Shown here: in pieces, positions 8,361 to 15,654 of the stretch
Position numbering within the stretch: the stretch's first letter is position 1
How the letters are laid out: the number at the start of each line of letters is the position of its first letter
Source of the DNA: an uncultured Kiritimatiellota bacterium
GTDB lineage: Bacteria; Verrucomicrobiota; Kiritimatiellia; RFP12; UBA1067
Assembly (NCBI GenBank): GCA_934643865.1
Contig: CAKUCX010000014.1
Coordinates: 2,538 to 66,537 of the forward strand
DNA length: 64,000 bases
Direction: 5' to 3'
Notes under the pieces: generated by a model
Seen by the model: only the letters and a program-made list of their open reading frames with translations
What the model was told of the DNA's origin: nothing
Database searches by the model: none
Program-made: the position numbers and the translations under genes

Positions 8361-9239
8361 TTACACAAGCCCCAGCGCGGCAAGCGTCGCGCGCATCTGC
8401 CCGCGCTTCTCGGGCGTCGTCTCGCAGAGCGGAAGACGGAAGCCGGGGCCGATCTTCTTCATCATCACAAGCGCCTCCTTGACCATGATCGGGTTCGTGT
8501 CGATGAAGAGGTCGTGGAAAAGAGGATAGTACTTCAGGTGCAGCGCACGCGCCGCCGCCATGTCCCCGGCGAGGGCCGTGCGCACGAAGTCGCCCATCTC
8601 CTTCGGGATGACGTTCGAGGCGACGGAGATGACGCCGGAGGCGCCGACGCTGACCATCGGCAGCACAAGGGAGTCGTCGCCAGAGAGGACCGTGAAGTCC
8701 GGGCAGCGCGCCTTGATCGCGCTCACGCGCTCGACGCTGCCGGCGGCCTCCTTGATCGCGACGACGTTCGGGTGGCGCGCAAGGCGCTCCACGACGTCGA
8801 GCGGGATCTCGCGCCCGCTGCGGCCCGGCACGTTGTAGAGGACAATCGGGAGACCCAGGTCGGCGACCGTCGCGAAGTGGCGGTAGATGCCCTCGGCGTT
8901 CGGCTTGTTGTAGTAGGGCGTGACCTGCAGCGAGGCGTCCGCCCCTCCGGCGGCGATGGCCGCGCGCGTGAGGGAGACGGCCTCCGCCGTGGAGTTGGCG
9001 CCCGTCCCGGCGACGATCTTCACGCGGCCCGCCGCGAATGCGATCGTCTTCTCGATGACCTTGTGGTGCTCCTCGTGCGAGAGGGTGGGCGACTCGCCGC
9101 TTGTTCCGACGGCGCAGATGCCCTCCACGCCGTTTTCGCACTGCCAGTCCACAAACGCCCTCAACGCGCCGTCGTCGACGTTGTCGTTCGCGTCAAACGG
9201 CGTCACCATCGCCGTGATCGTACCTTCAAGCTTCAGCAT
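8361..9239 (-). CDS. dapA: 4-hydroxy-tetrahydrodipicolinate synthase
   Basis: Motifs GTSGESPTLS, LYNVPGRSG and VAIKEAAG are typical of DapA. The ATG at 9239 (MLKLEGTITAMVTPF) has an AAGGAGA SD 6 nt upstream and is preferred over the track start at 9275. Confidence 0.93.
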   Translation of the reverse strand: MLKLEGTITAMVTPFDANDNVDDGALRAFVDWQCENGVEGICAVGTSGESPTLSHEEHHKVIEKTIAFAAGRVKIVAGTGANSTAEAVSLTRAAIAAGGADASLQVTPYYNKPNAEGIYRHFATVADLGLPIVLYNVPGRSGREIPLDVVERLARHPNVVAIKEAAGSVERVSAIKARCPDFTVLSGDDSLVLPMVSVGASGVISVASNVIPKEMGDFVRTALAGDMAAARALHLKYYPLFHDLFIDTNPIMVKEALVMMKKIGPGFRLPLCETTPEKRGQMRATLAALGLV

Positions 9240-9265
9240 GTCCTGTCTCCTTTGGGTCTGCGGGC

Positions 9266-9274
9266 AGTATACCA
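9266..9274 (-). promoter_or_regulatory. Extended -10 box TGGTATACT for the dapA-dapB-beta-helix operon
   Basis: The minus strand reads TTTGTGGTATACTGCC followed by a 26-nt leader containing the SD. The 15-mer is identical to 2534..2548. Confidence 0.55.
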
Positions 9275-9317
9275 CAAAGTAGGGCGTTTCCTCGCCCGGC
9301 GCACAAATTCGCGCGCC

Positions 9318-12300
9318 TCAGAACAGCACTTCGAGGTCGCAGACGCCGGAGAGGTCTTCACCCACGGCGTCCACGTAGGCGGAGTCGCCGATGCGCGAGA
9401 CCGTGAACGCCCGCGCTTCGCCGTTCACGCGGAGGGCGCGCGCCGTCTTCCCCTGCGGCAGGAGGAGGTGCGCCGCCACGCGCCGCGCGGGCGAGCGGAG
9501 GAGGTAGCGCAGGCCGTTCGCGCGCAGGACGTACTGGCAGTCCACGACCGCGCCCGACACCTCGTAGCCCGTGAAGTAGCGCACCTGCGTGTAGTCCGTG
9601 ACGGGCCAGCGCGGCGAGAAGCGGATCGCGTCGTACGTGACGCCCGCGTCCACGATGCCCGCAAGGCCCTCGTCCACGGCCGAGAGGAGGCTCGCCGCGC
9701 CCCACGCGCTCGGGCCGCGCCCCTGCGGCTTCCGGTCCTGCGCGCCGTAGAGGAAATAGACGCCGCCGTCGCGCGCGGCCATCTCCTTCACGCGCACGAG
9801 AATGTCCCAGCCGTAGGCTTCGTAGCCGTTCTCGAACGCCGCCTTGGCGAGCTCGCCCGCCGTGAACGGGCACACGGCGCCGTTCACGTACTCGCCCTTC
9901 GGGTGGCGGCCGAAGGCGGGCGTGTAGGGCGGATCGACCGTGAACCACTCGGCGAAGCAGTCCGTCGTCCGGCGGCGCGCGCGGTATTCCTCGATGGTCT
10001 TGCGGCAGTCGGCGACCGGCATGAGGCCGCGGTTCATGTCGTAGGCGGCGGAGAGCGAAAGGCGTTCGCGCTCGTGCGCGTCGACGGGCGGCACGTTGAG
10101 CGGCAGCTGGTGGAAGAAGAAGCGGCCGTTCCAGAGGTGCTTGTACATCGCCGCCTTGAGGGCGTCCGCCCGCGCGCGCCAGGCGGCCGCCTTCGCCGTG
10201 CGCCCGAGGCGGCCGTTCAACCACGCGAGCTGCGCCATCGCCTGGTAGACGCCGGAGTTGTCGCCGTGCATGATCGCCTGGGGCGTCGCGGCCGTGAGGA
10301 CGCGGTTCGTGGAAGAGGCGGGGTCGAAGGTGAAGTCCCACGTGTCGATCGTGTAGCCGCGCTTCACGAGGCCGTGCGCGGCGTCCCAGCGCTTCGGGTC
10401 GGAGGTCATGTAGTCGATCGCCTTTTCGAGGCGCGGGAGGGCGCGCGCGAGCCAGGCGTCGTCGCCCGTCGCCTTGTAGCGGTAGGTGGCGCCCTCCACG
10501 ACGAGGTACTCCACGTCCGCCTCGATCTCCAGGCGGACGAGGGCCATGTAGTCGGGCGGGTAGAACCGCACGCAGTCGGACGGCACGAAGCTCCAGTGGC
10601 GGTCGTCGAGCTGCTTGACGAGCTCGTAGAACTGCCCGTCCGCGCGCTGCGTGTCGAGGATGAAGTCGAGGAAGCTCGTGAGGTCGTACCCCCAGTGCCG
10701 CTGGGCCTTCATGATGTGGACGTGGTCGCGGATCCAGTTGAGGTTGCACGCGAGCTTGCGCCCGTCCACGAAGACGAGCTGCCGCCCCGCGTCGATCGTG
10801 CCGCGCAGCGTCTTCATGAAGTCCCCGAGCGCCGTGTCGCGCGTCGTCACGACGCCGGGGATCGCGAGCTCCACGTTGTTGTAGGACCCGCACCGGGGAC
10901 GCGCCCCCAGCGTGGAGCGCTGGCGCGGCAGCTGTTCGGGGAATGTCACCAGCCGCCCTTCGTTGAGCCCGTTCCCCGGCCAGAGCGGCGGCGGCGGCGG
11001 CGCGCGCGCGAGCGGCGCGAGCGCGGGCGCACCGCGCGGCGCGGCGAACGCGCGCAGGTCGTAGGGCGCGAGCGTGGCAAGGCCGCCTTGCACGGCCGCG
11101 CCGGAGACGAGGTCGTGCGTGCCGGGCGGCACGCGCAGGTCGAGCGTGGCCGCCTCGCCGCCCGTGTTCGCCACGTAGAAGTAGGAGCGTCCGTCGAAGT
11201 CCGCCTGCCGCGCCACGACGTTCCCCTCGCGCGCCGTCTCCGCCATCCGCACGGCGGGCAGCGCGCGGAACGCGGCGGCGAACCGCCGCAGGTCGTCCTC
11301 CATCCCGTAGGTGCCGACGAGGTAGCCGCCCTTCGAGACGCCCAGCACGTCGTCGAAGCGCAGCGGCAGCACGGACTCGCGCAGGGCGTGGCGTCCGGAC
11401 GGGTTGAGCGTCGTCACGCGCCAGCCCATCTCCGCGAAGCCGTCGCCGTTGAGCGGATTCCCCTTGGCGCGCCCGACGGGGTTCTCCCAGTAGAGGTCGA
11501 ACTGGTTGAGCCACGGGAAGCGCGCCCCCCGGGTGAGCGCGAAGAAGCCGGGGCGCGTCTGGAGGACGCGGTTGAATTGGTAGGCCGCGTCGCTCGGGAA
11601 GAGGGACCGCTCGCGCTTGCGGCAGAAGGCGGGGAACTGCGACTGGCAGAGGACGAGGTTCGGGATCGCGGCGAGGGCGGCGCGGTCGAGCCCGCCTTCG
11701 CGCGCCTGGCGCGTCATGAAGCCGTCCTCCATGAAGTCGGGCTGCTTCATGTCGGGCTGCACGTAGCAGTTCAGCCAGAGCTTGAGGTCGCCGCGGCGCG
11801 CGCGCAGCTTCGCCGCGAGGCGCGCGTAGAACGCCGTCACCCGGTCGCAGCGCCACTGCACCCACGGTTCATAGGCGTGGGCGCGGATCCACTTCGCCAC
11901 GGCGCGCCCGCGCAGGGGGTCCGTCTTGTCGAGCGGCACCTTCACGCCCGTCTCGCGCGCGAACGCCTCCACCGTGTAGTCGTTGTAGCCGCTGCGGATG
12001 TCGCCGAACCAGCAGAGCGAGAGCATGGTGAGGTGCAGGCACACGCCCTTGAAGCTCGGGTGGGGCGCGCCCTGCTCCACGAGCGCGTCGACGAGCCCCT
12101 CCAGGTAGGCCCGCGTCTCGGGATGGTGGAAGTTGAAGTTGGGCGGCGAATTGTGGAAGCCGTAGGTGTTGGGGAGGCCCGTGTCGAGGATCGCGACGGG
12201 CGTCGCGTGGAGCGCGCCGTTCGTGACGGCCTCGGCGGTGACGACGCCGGGGGGCAGGGGCATCGTGTTCGGGTTCACGTTCGGCACGAGGGAGAGGCCG

Positions 12301-13925
12301 GCCTTGTCGAACTTCACGTACCAGGCGGAGAGGAAGTCCGGCGCGTGCGCGCGGGGGTTGTAGCCCGTAGCGCCGATGAGGCCGTGGTACCACGCGCCGG
12401 GGTAGGAGAGGAGGTCCTGCCCGCAGTACTTCATGTAGGCGACCGTACGGTCGATCAGGTCCGAGATCTGGTGCGCGCCGTGCCCGCCTGTCGCGAAGTC
12501 GCAGCCGATCGAGGGATCCTCCCACCAGCTGCCGAAGGAGCGGCGCCAGCCGTCCGCCGGCTTCGGGGCGTTCACCTCCAGCGCGGGGAGGCGCGCGTTC
12601 TTCACCTCGTAGACGCGCAGCGCGCTCAGGGCGGCGGGCACGTCCGCGCGCGCCGTCAGCGCGACCGCCGCGAGCGCGCCCCGGCCGGGCGTCGTCCAAT
12701 AGAGGCAGCGGTGCGTCAGGGTCCTGCCCGTGTTCGGGTATTCGTCCCCGGTGAAGTAACCCACCTGGAGGGCGTAGTCGTCCGAATGCGGCTCGCGGAA
12801 CTGCACGATCAGGTCGCACGTGCGCGTCGCGTCGTCCGGGTAGTCGAACTCCAGGCAATAGAGCTTGACGGCGGGATCGACGTCGAAGAAGAACGCGAAG
12901 CGGTCGTCGCGCCGCGCGCCGGCCTCGACGTAGGGGACGCCGCCCAGCGCGCCGAAGCGGAGCGCCCCCACCGAGCGGAAGCGCTTCTCGGCCTGCCACT
13001 TCGCCACCGACGCGGCGTCGAAGCGGTATTCGGCCCGGAGCGCGAGGTCGAGCCGGTCGCCGCCCACGTAGGGGTTCGGGCCGTCCCCGGCGAAAAGCTT
13101 CGCGTAGTCCGGCTTGTCCGGCGACGGCGCCGCCCGGTCGGCGTGGGCCGCGAAGAGGGCCCGGACCCCGGCGTCGTCAAGCGCGCCGTCGTAGACGCGG
13201 ACGTCGTCAATGAGCCCGTCCACCTGCTGCCGGTCGCCAAGGCAGCCCACGAAGAAGCGCGTGAAGTCCTTCCGGTCGAAGAGGAACGGGATGCGGCCGC
13301 GCGCGGGATCCTTCCGCCGCTCCGCCGCGAGGCGCAGCGCCGCCGCCACCTCGCTGTGGCCGTCGGCGCGGGCGGGGCCGCAGGGGACGCCGTTGCGGTA
13401 GAGGCGCGCGTGCTTCGCCGCCTCGTCCCACGTAAACGCGAGATGCTCCCACCGGCCGTCCGGCGAGGGAACGCCGTCGCGGACGAGGTGCGTGTGGCCG
13501 AAGTCCGTCAGGTCCGCCCGCAGCCGATCCCCCCACCACCAGAGCGACAGCGCGCCCGAACCGAACCGCCCGCACGGCTCGGGGAAGGAGAAGAGCCTGC
13601 GCCACGCCTCCTTCGCCCCCGGCGCGGCGGGCGGTCCATCGCGCCGCGCCCAGAGCGAAACGGTGCCCTTCTCAGGCCGCACGTTGCCCTTGAGCGCGTA
13701 CTGGAGGACGCTCTTCGCCGCCGCCGTGAGCCGCACGGCCTGGCCGTCCACGCCCGGTTCGAACGAAAGCCCCCGCGCGACCTGCGGCGCGGCCGCCCCC
13801 TTCGCCACGGCGGCGACCGCCGTGCCGTCGAACGGCGCGTGGAAGATGAGCGCCGGCGCGCCGTGTGCCGCAACCATCATGAGCGCCGCCGCGCCCGCCA
13901 GGCTAAAACAGAATCTCGATGTCAT
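9318..13925 (-). CDS. Giant secreted multidomain glycosidase-like protein: N-terminal LamG-like domain, central unassigned domain, C-terminal six-hairpin-like domain
   Basis: MTSRFCFSLAGAAALMMVAAHG is a signal peptide (ATG at 13925; an alternative ATG lies at 13958). The LamG-type segment ends in GLIDDVRVYDGALD. The C-terminal ~570 aa are paralogous to the whole of 13903..15636. The gene overlaps the stop of the upstream gene by 23 nt. Confidence 0.8.
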   Translation of the reverse strand: MTSRFCFSLAGAAALMMVAAHGAPALIFHAPFDGTAVAAVAKGAAAPQVARGLSFEPGVDGQAVRLTAAAKSVLQYALKGNVRPEKGTVSLWARRDGPPAAPGAKEAWRRLFSFPEPCGRFGSGALSLWWWGDRLRADLTDFGHTHLVRDGVPSPDGRWEHLAFTWDEAAKHARLYRNGVPCGPARADGHSEVAAALRLAAERRKDPARGRIPFLFDRKDFTRFFVGCLGDRQQVDGLIDDVRVYDGALDDAGVRALFAAHADRAAPSPDKPDYAKLFAGDGPNPYVGGDRLDLALRAEYRFDAASVAKWQAEKRFRSVGALRFGALGGVPYVEAGARRDDRFAFFFDVDPAVKLYCLEFDYPDDATRTCDLIVQFREPHSDDYALQVGYFTGDEYPNTGRTLTHRCLYWTTPGRGALAAVALTARADVPAALSALRVYEVKNARLPALEVNAPKPADGWRRSFGSWWEDPSIGCDFATGGHGAHQISDLIDRTVAYMKYCGQDLLSYPGAWYHGLIGATGYNPRAHAPDFLSAWYVKFDKAGLSLVPNVNPNTMPLPPGVVTAEAVTNGALHATPVAILDTGLPNTYGFHNSPPNFNFHHPETRAYLEGLVDALVEQGAPHPSFKGVCLHLTMLSLCWFGDIRSGYNDYTVEAFARETGVKVPLDKTDPLRGRAVAKWIRAHAYEPWVQWRCDRVTAFYARLAAKLRARRGDLKLWLNCYVQPDMKQPDFMEDGFMTRQAREGGLDRAALAAIPNLVLCQSQFPAFCRKRERSLFPSDAAYQFNRVLQTRPGFFALTRGARFPWLNQFDLYWENPVGRAKGNPLNGDGFAEMGWRVTTLNPSGRHALRESVLPLRFDDVLGVSKGGYLVGTYGMEDDLRRFAAAFRALPAVRMAETAREGNVVARQADFDGRSYFYVANTGGEAATLDLRVPPGTHDLVSGAAVQGGLATLAPYDLRAFAAPRGAPALAPLARAPPPPPLWPGNGLNEGRLVTFPEQLPRQRSTLGARPRCGSYNNVELAIPGVVTTRDTALGDFMKTLRGTIDAGRQLVFVDGRKLACNLNWIRDHVHIMKAQRHWGYDLTSFLDFILDTQRADGQFYELVKQLDDRHWSFVPSDCVRFYPPDYMALVRLEIEADVEYLVVEGATYRYKATGDDAWLARALPRLEKAIDYMTSDPKRWDAAHGLVKRGYTIDTWDFTFDPASSTNRVLTAATPQAIMHGDNSGVYQAMAQLAWLNGRLGRTAKAAAWRARADALKAAMYKHLWNGRFFFHQLPLNVPPVDAHERERLSLSAAYDMNRGLMPVADCRKTIEEYRARRRTTDCFAEWFTVDPPYTPAFGRHPKGEYVNGAVCPFTAGELAKAAFENGYEAYGWDILVRVKEMAARDGGVYFLYGAQDRKPQGRGPSAWGAASLLSAVDEGLAGIVDAGVTYDAIRFSPRWPVTDYTQVRYFTGYEVSGAVVDCQYVLRANGLRYLLRSPARRVAAHLLLPQGKTARALRVNGEARAFTVSRIGDSAYVDAVGEDLSGVCDLEVLF

Positions 13926-15636
13926 ACGTCCCCGTCCCTTCCGTTTCGAAGTCCACATACCGCGAATCGCCCACCGCCGTTGTCTCGAACGCGCGCGGCG
14001 CGCCGTTCAGCCACACCTCCCGCGCCGCCGCGCCGGACGGCAGGAGGATGTGCGCCGCCAACGCCTTCGCGGGCGCGCGCACGAGGTAGCGCAGACCGTT
14101 CGCGCGCCGCACGTAGCGCACGTCGACGACGGCGTCCGCCGCCTCGTAGCCCGTGAAGTACCGCACCTCGTCGAGACCCGTCACGGGCCAGCGCGGCGAG
14201 AAGCGGATCGCGTCGTACCGCACGCCCACGTCGCGCACACCCGCCAGCGCCTCGTCGAAGGCGCTGAGGACGCTCGCCGCGCCCCAGGCGCTCGGGCCCA
14301 ATGCGGCGTTGATCGACGTCGCCGTCGTGCGGTCGTAGAGGAAGTAGAGCGTGCCGTCGCGCGCGGCCATCTCCTTCACGCGCACGAGAATGTCCCAGCC
14401 GTACGCTTCGTAGCCGTTTTCAAGGGCGGCCTTCGCGAGCTCGCCCGCCGTGAAGAGGCACACGCCGCCGTTCACGTAGTCGCCGCGCGGGTGGCGGGCG
14501 AAGGTGAAGTCGTAGGGCGGATCGACCGTGAACCACTCGGCGAAGCAGTCCGTCGTCTGACGGCGGCGCCTGAACTCCTCGATGGTCTTGCGGCAGTCGG
14601 CGACCGGCATGAGGCCGCGGTTCATGTCGTAGGCGGCGGAAAGCGAGAGGCGTTCGCGCTCGTGCGCGTCGACGGGCGGCACGTTGAGCGGCAGCTGGTG
14701 GAAGAAGAAGCGGCCGTTCCAGAGGTGCTTGTACATCGCAGCCCTGAGGGCGTCCGCCCGCGCGCGCCAGGCGGCCGCCTTCGCCGTGCGCCCGAGGCGG
14801 CCGTTCAGCCACGCGAGCTGCGCCATCGCCTGGTAGACGCCGGAGTTGTCGCCGTGCATGATCGCCTGGGGCGTCGCGGCCGTCAACGTGCGGTTCGTCA
14901 CGGAGGCGGGCTCATAGGTGAAGTCCCACGTGTCGATCGTGTAGCCGCGCTTCACGAGGCCGTGCCGGGCGTCCCAGCGCTTCGGGTCTGAGGTCACGTA
15001 GTCGATCGCCTTTTCGAGGCGCGGGAGGGCGCGCGCAAGCCAGGCGTCGTCGCCCGAGATCCGGTAGCAGTACGTCGCGCCCTCGACGAGCAGATACTCC
15101 ACGTCGGCCTCGATGTCGAGGCGGCACATGGCGAGGTTGTCGTCCGGGAAGAACTTCCGGCTCTCGGGCGCGGCGTAGCGCCAGTGGCGGTCGTCCGCCT
15201 GCTTGACGAGTTCGAGGATGCAGCCGTCCGCGCGCTGGTGCCGGAGCGTGAAGTCCACGTACCCCGCATAGTCGTATTCCCAGTGGCGCATGGCCTTCAG
15301 CACGTGGACATGGTCGCGGATCCAGTTCTTGTTCACCATCATCTTGCGCCCGTCCACGAAGACGAGGGACCGTTCGCCGTTGATCGTGTTGCGCAGCAGG
15401 TGGAGGAAGTCGCCCCAGGTCGGGTCGCCCGTCGTGAGGACGCCCGGCATCGCGAGGTCTTTGTTGTTGAAGCGTCCACAGGTCTTCCCCGTCCGCGCCT
15501 CCCGCATGCGCGGCAGGGCCTGGGTGAACGCCACGCGCCGCCCCTCGTTGAGCGAATACCCCTCCAGAAACGGCGCCGCCGCCGCGCCCGCGGCAAGCAC
15601 AGCGCACGCCGCCATCGTCCAGCCTCGTCCCGTCAT
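13903..15636 (-). CDS. Secreted six-hairpin ((alpha/alpha)6)-like glycosidase candidate
   Basis: The 577-aa protein has a signal-like N-terminus and a GGAAAGGGAGAAG SD upstream of the ATG at 15636. It is paralogous to the C-terminus of 9318..13925, and both end in D(L/I)E(V/I)LF. The fold and family assignment is a guess from composition and length only. Confidence 0.75.
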   Translation of the reverse strand: MTGRGWTMAACAVLAAGAAAAPFLEGYSLNEGRRVAFTQALPRMREARTGKTCGRFNNKDLAMPGVLTTGDPTWGDFLHLLRNTINGERSLVFVDGRKMMVNKNWIRDHVHVLKAMRHWEYDYAGYVDFTLRHQRADGCILELVKQADDRHWRYAAPESRKFFPDDNLAMCRLDIEADVEYLLVEGATYCYRISGDDAWLARALPRLEKAIDYVTSDPKRWDARHGLVKRGYTIDTWDFTYEPASVTNRTLTAATPQAIMHGDNSGVYQAMAQLAWLNGRLGRTAKAAAWRARADALRAAMYKHLWNGRFFFHQLPLNVPPVDAHERERLSLSAAYDMNRGLMPVADCRKTIEEFRRRRQTTDCFAEWFTVDPPYDFTFARHPRGDYVNGGVCLFTAGELAKAALENGYEAYGWDILVRVKEMAARDGTLYFLYDRTTATSINAALGPSAWGAASVLSAFDEALAGVRDVGVRYDAIRFSPRWPVTGLDEVRYFTGYEAADAVVDVRYVRRANGLRYLVRAPAKALAAHILLPSGAAAREVWLNGAPRAFETTAVGDSRYVDFETEGTGTYDIEILF

Positions 15637-15654
15637 GCGTCTTCTCCCTTTCCG

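Noticed and set aside
7707-14156. 2149-aa plus-strand ORF. The same applies to the other very long ORFs: plus-strand 15184..18054, 25466..27928, 29152..31230, 32416..38079, 38381..43300, 45355..46965, 52802..54565, 54183..56567 and 56660..58720, and minus-strand 20162..23785, 31814..35032, 9358..11865 and 28280..30994 (the part upstream of sdhB).
   Set aside because: All have Arg/Ala/Gly/Val/Asp-rich degenerate translations. Each lies antisense to, or out of frame with, genes that carry unmistakable conserved motifs (DapA/B, SdhA/B, RNase R, GltX, the kinase and others). Stop codons are simply rare in GC-rich DNA.
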